Positions 25,801-32,000 of a stretch of DNA of 32,000 bases are shown one piece after another. Source of the stretch: Prochlorococcus marinus str. NATL2A (GTDB taxonomy: Bacteria > Cyanobacteriota > Cyanobacteriia > PCC-6307 > Cyanobiaceae). The first letter of the stretch is position 1. Each line of letters begins with the position of its first letter. The notes beneath the pieces are model-generated. The model did no database searches, was not told the DNA's origin, and saw only the letters and a list, made by a program, of their open reading frames with translations. Location: positions 30,001-62,000 of the forward strand of contig NC_007335.2 in NCBI RefSeq assembly GCF_000012465.1. Reading direction: 5' to 3'. Made by a program: the position numbers and the translations under genes.

Positions 25801-27744
25801 TTAGCTCTGTAGGTAGGTACTTTGACGGAGGCTTGCTTCTACATGCTCTATTAGTTTTTGTGCATCATGGATTTTTAGATGCCCACCTTGAATAGCTAAT
25901 TCGCTTGATTTTCGTAATCGTTCTAATAATATTTCTGGATCATGTTCTAAATATTCAAGAACATTTGATTTTGTATTCCCACGAATGACATGCTCAACTT
26001 TATAGTTCCCATTTTCTGTAAATCTTATATGGACTGCATTAGTACTCCCAAATAAATTATGTAGATTTCCCATTACTTCTTGATAGGCGCCACCCAAGAA
26101 AAGACCAATTAGATATTTTTCGTTTTGATTAAATTCATGAAGAGGGAGCAAATTTTTAATTTTTCCATTATCAATAAATTGATCAAGCTTTCCATCTGAA
26201 TCACACGTTAAATCTGCAAAGTGACCAAGTTTTTTCGGTTCTTTGCTAAGCCGATGGATTGGCATAATTGGAAAGACTTGATCAATGGCCCATGTGTCTG
26301 GAGCTGATCTAAATACGGAAAGATTTGCGTAATACGTTACGGCTAAGCTTTCACTTAATTTCTTTAGTTCTTTAGGTAAAAGTATGTTTTTTGGTAACTG
26401 ATTAACTATTGTTTTTGCACAGGCCCATGTCAACTGCTCAGCTTTTGCTCGTTCAACTAAATCTATATAACCGAGTCGAAAAGCCGCAAGTGCATCTGCT
26501 TTGAATTTAAGAGAATCATTCCATGCTTCTTGTAGTTTGGCTAAATCTTTTTCTTGCTTAAGTTCTAGAGAATTTATATGGACTAATGTTTCACGTAAAT
26601 TTCTGACAGAGAGACATTCTTTTTCGTTTTCTTTCGGAATGTCAGAAGGTAACGAATTTTTACCTAGAATATTGAAGATTAAAATCGAAAAGTGACTAGC
26701 AATAGCTCTTCCACTCTCTGTAATTAAAGTGGGTAGTGGTATCTTTTTTGATTCACAACATTCTTTAATTGTTGCTACTACATCATTTGCATAATTTTGA
26801 AGTGAATAGTTAGTAGATGCTATTGAGGCGGTTTGACTTCCATCGTAATCAATTCCTAAGCCACCTCCAACATCTAAGTATCCCATAGGTGCCCCAAGAT
26901 TAATTAATTCGGCATAAATTTGTCCTGCTTCTTGTAAGGCATCTTTTAAAACACCTATATCGTTAATTTGACTCCCTAGATGAAAATGTAAAAGCTTTAA
27001 TTCATTGAGAAGATTTGCTTCTTTTAACCTTTTGATTGCTTTTAAAATTTCTGGAATTGAAAGTCCAAATTTTGACTTGTCACCAATCGAGCTACTCCAC
27101 CTTCCACTGCTTTGACTCGATAGCTTGGCTCGTATTCCTATGAGTGGAGACGCTCCCAGTAAATTACTAGATTTGATTATAAGCTCAACATCATTTGCTT
27201 GTTCTATAACTACTATAGGTTGACGTCCAAGCTGACGTGCTAAAATAGCTGTTTCAATGTAACGTTGATCTTTATAGCCATTACATATGAGTAAGGCTTT
27301 AGGATCTTCTAGGATTGATAAAGCAATTAGTAACTCTGGTTTGCTTCCAGCTTCTAAGCCAAAATTCCATTTGGAACCACAGGTGATTAATTCTTCAACT
27401 ACGTGACGCTGTTGATTACATTTGATTGGAAACACACCTTGGTATTTTCCTTGATATTGATAGTCATTAATCGCTTTTTCAAAAGCTTTATGTAAGTTTT
27501 TTAAGCAGTCTTCGAGAATATCGTCAAATCTTATTAACAGAGGAAATTTTAGTTTTCGACTTTCGAGTTCATCTAAAAGTTCCATTAAATCATGAGATTT
27601 GTTGTTGGAACCGTTAGGACAAATACTAATATTCCCTTTTTCATTGATAGTGAAATAACCCTTTCCCCATCGATCAATTCCATAGAGCTCTGAGCTATTT
27701 TGAATAGTCCAAGAGAGAGATTGATTAGTAATTTTCACAGCCAT
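25801..27744 (-). CDS. speA: biosynthetic arginine decarboxylase
   Basis: 647 aa. YQGVFPIKCNQ PLP-lysine region, GGGLGIDYDG, and the C-terminal region typical of SpeA. Confidence 0.93.
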   Translation of the reverse strand: MAVKITNQSLSWTIQNSSELYGIDRWGKGYFTINEKGNISICPNGSNNKSHDLMELLDELESRKLKFPLLIRFDDILEDCLKNLHKAFEKAINDYQYQGKYQGVFPIKCNQQRHVVEELITCGSKWNFGLEAGSKPELLIALSILEDPKALLICNGYKDQRYIETAILARQLGRQPIVVIEQANDVELIIKSSNLLGASPLIGIRAKLSSQSSGRWSSSIGDKSKFGLSIPEILKAIKRLKEANLLNELKLLHFHLGSQINDIGVLKDALQEAGQIYAELINLGAPMGYLDVGGGLGIDYDGSQTASIASTNYSLQNYANDVVATIKECCESKKIPLPTLITESGRAIASHFSILIFNILGKNSLPSDIPKENEKECLSVRNLRETLVHINSLELKQEKDLAKLQEAWNDSLKFKADALAAFRLGYIDLVERAKAEQLTWACAKTIVNQLPKNILLPKELKKLSESLAVTYYANLSVFRSAPDTWAIDQVFPIMPIHRLSKEPKKLGHFADLTCDSDGKLDQFIDNGKIKNLLPLHEFNQNEKYLIGLFLGGAYQEVMGNLHNLFGSTNAVHIRFTENGNYKVEHVIRGNTKSNVLEYLEHDPEILLERLRKSSELAIQGGHLKIHDAQKLIEHVEASLRQSTYLQS

Positions 27745-27886
27745 TTATGCGATAACAAAGTTGCCAAGTTTTGATCATTCACGATTAATACAATTAAATC
27801 TAAGAACAGTTTTATTAAGTGTCATGTTTTACTTGCCAAGAGGGCAGTTTTAGGAAGACTATGGCTTCATATTATTAAATATCGCA

Positions 27887-28342
27887 ATGACTTTGGAAAG
27901 AACCTTTGTTGCTATCAAGCCAGATGGTGTGCAAAGAGGTTTAATCGCTGAAATACTTGGACGATTTGAAACTAAAGGATTCAAATTAGTTGGCTTAAAG
28001 CAACTAACACCAAGCAAAGAACTTGCTGAAAAACACTATGGTGTGCACAAAGATCGTCCTTTCTTTTCAGGTTTAGTTGATTTCATCACTAGTGGACCTG
28101 TTATAGCGATGGTTTGGGAAGGTGAAGGTGTTATTGCAAGTGCTAGAAAATTGATTGGCGCAACAAAGCCTCTTGAGGCAGAACCTGGAACTATTAGAGG
28201 TGATTTGGCTGTGAATATTGGTCGTAATGTCATTCATGGTTCTGATGGTTCTGATACGGCAGTTTTTGAAATTAACTTATGGTTCCAAGAAAATGAGCTT
28301 GTTGATTGGAATCCATCTGATCAAGCATGGAGAGTTGAATAA
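27887..28342 (+). CDS. ndk: nucleoside diphosphate kinase
   Basis: [16 protein letters not shown] and NVIHGSD active-site His motif. Confidence 0.97.
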   Translation: MTLERTFVAIKPDGVQRGLIAEILGRFETKGFKLVGLKQLTPSKELAEKHYGVHKDRPFFSGLVDFITSGPVIAMVWEGEGVIASARKLIGATKPLEAEPGTIRGDLAVNIGRNVIHGSDGSDTAVFEINLWFQENELVDWNPSDQAWRVE

Positions 28343-28376
28343 TTTATTCAACTTCAAAACTTTTGGTGATCGGTTT

Positions 28377-29480
28377 TTAAAATCTGTCCCATCTGAAATG
28401 GGACAACAAACTATCTTCCTCATTACTTAATGGGGTTGAGCAAATTGATTTTCCAATTAATTCTGAAGTTATCGCTGACAATAGAACTCCATTGCGATGA
28501 TGCCCAGTAGCAAGCCAGAGTCCATTAATTGATGACATTCCCAGTAAGGGGCCTTCGTCGGGTGTGCATGGACGAAAACCCCACCATCTCTCCATATGAG
28601 GTAGTTGATTAAGTTCAGGAATAAGAGATTGAATTCCTTTTTGAAGCTCGCTTTGCCCATTTGGAGTGAGTCCTGTCTGGAAGCCTGCCTCAGGTTCACT
28701 AGTTGCCCCTACGATTATTAGACCGTCATCTCTTGGCACTAAGTAAATGCCAGGTCCAAAAACAATTCTTTTAAGAATCTGTTTTGGACCCTGAATAGAT
28801 AACATCTGGCCTTTAACAGGAAAAATAGGCAATGTTTTAAAAATTTGTTTGCTCCAGGCTCCGCAGCAGAGAACTGCTTCTTCACTTTTTAAATGATTGA
28901 TATTTCCATTAATGTCTTTGATTTTGACCCCATTAAATTTGTTTAGATCTTTCATTATTTCAACCACTTCAACTCCTTCTTGAAAGTGAACACCTAATTC
29001 AAAGCAAGCTTTTTCAAGTGCTCTCATTAAAAGTCTTCGATTATCGATTTGGCCGTCTTGCTTAAAAAGTAAACCTAGTTTCCATTTTTCTGAGAGTCCA
29101 GGAACTTCTTGAAGGAGCTCATTTCTGTTTAGCTTTTTACCAAATTTATATGTTGGATAGGATTCACAGTCTTTGTGGCTTTCAAATGGGACAACAATCC
29201 CGCAAGTTTTGAGACCACATGACATTTTGCTATTTGTCTCAATGTTTTCTATCCATGTTGAGTGCCTTTGAAGACTACTTTGACCAAGATTTAGAAGATT
29301 GCCTTGAAGCCCTTCTGCGTGAGGGGCGAGCATTCCAGCAGCAACAAAGCCTGCTGCTTCACGTCTGCTTCTACTTAAAACTTCTACTTGTTTGCCTCTT
29401 TTAGCAAGTTCATGGGCTATCGCAAGACCCATTAATCCTCCTCCGAGGATTAACAATGGTTTTTCATTTACGACACCCAT
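28377..29480 (-). CDS. thiO: FAD-dependent glycine oxidase-type oxidoreductase
   Basis: ILGGGLMGLAIAHELAKRG dinucleotide motif and DAO-family length. The ThiO assignment is by analogy to cyanobacterial gene order. Confidence 0.7.
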   Translation of the reverse strand: MGVVNEKPLLILGGGLMGLAIAHELAKRGKQVEVLSRSRREAAGFVAAGMLAPHAEGLQGNLLNLGQSSLQRHSTWIENIETNSKMSCGLKTCGIVVPFESHKDCESYPTYKFGKKLNRNELLQEVPGLSEKWKLGLLFKQDGQIDNRRLLMRALEKACFELGVHFQEGVEVVEIMKDLNKFNGVKIKDINGNINHLKSEEAVLCCGAWSKQIFKTLPIFPVKGQMLSIQGPKQILKRIVFGPGIYLVPRDDGLIIVGATSEPEAGFQTGLTPNGQSELQKGIQSLIPELNQLPHMERWWGFRPCTPDEGPLLGMSSINGLWLATGHHRNGVLLSAITSELIGKSICSTPLSNEEDSLLSHFRWDRF

Positions 29481-29579
29481 TGCTTAGATTTGGAAAATGT
29501 TATTTTCAATGTTTTAGATTACGCTAGCTTCCATGACTGAGCTTTTCTTGCATAAGATTCATATATCTAGGTCAAATTA

Positions 29580-31055
29580 ATGTCAGAATCAAATGTTTCT
29601 TGGGAAGTTGTAATTGGATTAGAGACGCATGTGCAGTTGGGGACTAAGAGCAAAATATTTACTAGTGCATCAACAACCTTTGGTGACGATCCAAATACTC
29701 ATATTGACCCAGTGGTTTGCGGATTGCCAGGCACCTTGCCAGTTCTAAATAAAAAGGTTCTGGAATATGCAGTAAAAGCAGCGATGGCTTTGAATTTAAA
29801 TATTGCCTCTCACAGTAAATTTGATAGAAAGCAATATTTTTATCCCGACTTACCAAAAAATTATCAAATCTCTCAGTTTGATGAACCTATTGCAGAAGAT
29901 GGTTGGATAGAAGTAGAAGTAGCTGAAAAAGGCAAAGAAACTTATGTCAAAAAAATAGGTATTGAAAGACTACATATGGAGGAGGATGCAGGAAAACTGG
30001 TGCACGCAGGTAGTGATCAATTGTCAGGTTCTACTCATTCTTTGGTTGATTACAACAGAGCAGGCGTAGCACTTGCAGAAATAGTAAGCAAACCTGATTT
30101 AAGAACAGGTAGAGAGGCTGCGGAGTATGCAGCTGAAGTTAGAAGAATTATGCGTTATTTGGGAGTATCTGATGGGAATATGCAGGAAGGTTCCTTGCGA
30201 TGTGATGTGAATATTTCAGTCAGACCAACTATCAATGATCCATTTGGCACAAAAGTAGAAATAAAAAATATGAATTCATTTTCAGCTATTCAGAAAGCTT
30301 GTGAATATGAAATTAAGCGGCAAATTAAAGCTTATGAATCTGGAGAAGAAGTAAAACAAGAAACAAGGTTATGGGATGAAGGTAAGCAACTGACTAAAAG
30401 TATGAGATCCAAAGAAGGCAGTAGCGATTATCGTTATTTTCCCGATCCTGATCTAGGTCCGATAGAAGTAAGTAATGAGTTAAAAGAAAAATGGCGTTCA
30501 GAATTACCAGAATTGCCAGCTGCAAAAAGAAATAGATATTCAACAGAACTTGGCCTTTCTATTTATGATGCAAGAGTTTTGACTGATGAATCTTCAATGG
30601 CGACATATTTTGAAAAAGTTGTTAACGAAGGTGGAGCAGCTAAATCTTCAGCAAATTGGATAACTGGAGATCTAGCAGCCTATATTAAGTCAAATAGATT
30701 AACATTTGACCAATTACATTTTCAGCCGAGTGAATTAGCAGAAATGTTAAAAATGATTGATACTGGAGAAATAAGCGGCAAAATTGCCAAGGAAATTTTA
30801 CCTGAACTATTAAGTAAAGGTGGTTCTCCAAAGCAATTAGTTCAAGAACGTGGTTTAGGTATGATTGGTGATCCTAAAGTTATTGAAGAAATTATCGATC
30901 AATTGATCCTTAAGCATCCAAATGAGGTTGAATCTTTTAGATCTGGGAAGAAGAAATTGTTAGGGTTTTTTGTTGGTCAATTAATGAAGGAAACAAAAGG
31001 AAAAGCAGATCCAAAACTCGCTAATCAAATATTAAATAAAAAATTACAAGCTTAG
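29580..31055 (+). CDS. gatB: Asp/Glu-tRNA amidotransferase subunit B
   Basis: WEVVIGLETHVQL, CDVNISVR, and C-terminal GatB/YqeY domain (LLGFFVGQLMKETKGKADP). Confidence 0.97.
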   Translation: MSESNVSWEVVIGLETHVQLGTKSKIFTSASTTFGDDPNTHIDPVVCGLPGTLPVLNKKVLEYAVKAAMALNLNIASHSKFDRKQYFYPDLPKNYQISQFDEPIAEDGWIEVEVAEKGKETYVKKIGIERLHMEEDAGKLVHAGSDQLSGSTHSLVDYNRAGVALAEIVSKPDLRTGREAAEYAAEVRRIMRYLGVSDGNMQEGSLRCDVNISVRPTINDPFGTKVEIKNMNSFSAIQKACEYEIKRQIKAYESGEEVKQETRLWDEGKQLTKSMRSKEGSSDYRYFPDPDLGPIEVSNELKEKWRSELPELPAAKRNRYSTELGLSIYDARVLTDESSMATYFEKVVNEGGAAKSSANWITGDLAAYIKSNRLTFDQLHFQPSELAEMLKMIDTGEISGKIAKEILPELLSKGGSPKQLVQERGLGMIGDPKVIEEIIDQLILKHPNEVESFRSGKKKLLGFFVGQLMKETKGKADPKLANQILNKKLQA

Positions 31056-31696
31056 AATTTATATAATTTTTTTAATTGTAATTTCCATGTCTCATCATCA
31101 TTAGAGTTATTAATGATGTGATCTGCAAATTGTTTTTTCAAAGAGTTTGCCCATTGAGCATCAATTCTTTGATTTGCTTCTTTAATACTTAAATTATCTC
31201 TTGACTGAAGTCGCTTTAATTGCATGCTTCTAGGGCAATCTATGTAACAAATTTCACTACATAACCCTGTATAATTTTTTTCAAATAGGAGTGGAATAAT
31301 CAAAATTACAATTGAATTTGATTTCGATTTTTCTAATTCTTCTTCAATTCTTTTGTTGACGAATGGATGTATTATTCCCTCTAGCCATTTTTTTTCAAGT
31401 TCATTTTGAAAAACTATTTTGGCCAATGCTTTGCGATTAATAATTTGATCATTTTTACTTGAATTTTTAATTATTTTACTTCCATATCTCAACCAGACTT
31501 TTTTGACTATTTCACTTTCAGCACTTAATGCTTCATGAGCGTATAAGTCAGCGTCTAAAATAGGCCATTGCTTGGCTTGAAATAGAAAATCTCCAATGAT
31601 TGTTTTTCCACTGGCGATACCCCCAGTGATTCCTATTCTTCTCTGCTTGCCTTTCCATCTAAGACAAAGATTGTTTGTTTGTTTTTGGTCAATCAT
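31052..31696 (-). CDS. coaE: dephospho-CoA kinase
   Basis: IGITGGIASGKT P-loop at the N-terminus, ~200-aa size. Its stop codon overlaps the gatB stop (TTAG). Confidence 0.9.
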   Translation of the reverse strand: MIDQKQTNNLCLRWKGKQRRIGITGGIASGKTIIGDFLFQAKQWPILDADLYAHEALSAESEIVKKVWLRYGSKIIKNSSKNDQIINRKALAKIVFQNELEKKWLEGIIHPFVNKRIEEELEKSKSNSIVILIIPLLFEKNYTGLCSEICYIDCPRSMQLKRLQSRDNLSIKEANQRIDAQWANSLKKQFADHIINNSNDDETWKLQLKKLYKF

Positions 31697-31711
31697 TAAT
31701 AATGATAGTAA

Positions 31712-32000
31712 GTGAAAAATGCTCTTCTGAATTTGAGTCTTTTGACATCTTCTGTATGGTCTCCAATATCTGGTGGTATTACTGCCCCTGATGGTTTTTT
31801 AGCAGCTGGCATTTCCGCAGGATTGAAGCCTTCTGGGAAGAAGGATCTTGCTTTGCTATATGCACCTGATGGTGCGTGTTGCAGTGGGACATTTACTCAA
31901 TCAGTGACTCGTGCTTATTGCGTGGATCTTTGTATTGATCGAATCAAGGCATCTGAGGGAAAAATACGTGCTGTAGTTATCAACTCTGGACATGCAAATG
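31712..32000 (+). CDS. argJ: bifunctional ornithine acetyltransferase / N-acetylglutamate synthase, 5' part (runs off the window)
   Basis: Open frame from GTG 31712: ..WSPISGGITAPDGFLAAGISAGLKPSGKKDLALLY..AVVINSGHANA, the typical ArgJ N-terminus. Not in the ORF track because no stop lies in the window. Confidence 0.8.
   Translation, partial: MKNALLNLSLLTSSVWSPISGGITAPDGFLAAGISAGLKPSGKKDLALLYAPDGACCSGTFTQSVTRAYCVDLCIDRIKASEGKIRAVVINSGHAN

Noticed and set aside
27819-27832. GTG-N8-TAC, an NtcA-like site between speA and ndk
   Set aside because: It deviates from GTA-N8-TAC and has no convincing -10 box about 22 nt downstream. A single weak match in AT-rich DNA.
18837-29856. Short ORFs antisense to or nested in long genes (18837-19073, 19988-20227, 20564-20755, 26501-26695, 28036-28233, 28218-28430, 28469-28699, 29219-29404, 29662-29856; likewise 272-460, 2183-2386, 6599-6814, 8762-8974)
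   Set aside because: All lie within, or (28218-28430) overlap the ends of, well-supported conserved genes, mostly on the opposite strand. They have biased low-complexity composition and no motifs, as expected of shadow ORFs in AT-rich DNA.

Overview
AT-rich (about 30% GC by eye) picocyanobacterial chromosome segment. Gene content and order look like a high-light Prochlorococcus: SDR-like, HNH, class-V aminotransferase, cbiD, guaA | insert | acidic orphan, Kv-like K+ channel, small membrane proteins, mrdA, FMN-reductase-like, flv3/flv1 pair, alaS, speA, ndk, thiO, gatB, coaE, argJ (5' part). The main signal is at 6.76-12.14 kb. The last 21 bp of guaA recur three more times in direct orientation (9220, a decayed copy at 10186, and 12032). 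These copies cut a 5.3 kb insert into three cargo cassettes: a SAM methyltransferase, a disrupted SRA-like/HNH nuclease, and a TPR + TylF-like O-methyltransferase. Tandem 11-mers sit at fixed spacing around the copies, 46-47 nt to the left of the three downstream copies and 38 nt to the right of two of them. A recurring ATCGTAGA..TTCTCTAC palindrome and a 22/23 inverted repeat are also present. The two methyltransferase genes share swapped 5' and 3' modules. No recombinase is in the window, so this reads as an att-site accretion array at a protein-coding gene end, possibly mobilised in trans. The second signal is the long intergenic region at 14.8-15.06 kb. On the minus strand it carries an exact Yfr1 core (ACUCCUCACAC) and an adjacent Yfr2-like sRNA (GGAAACAAGGAAACA), each with its own terminator. 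The rest looks like ordinary streamlined core genome. All homology calls are from motif recognition by eye; no database search was possible.
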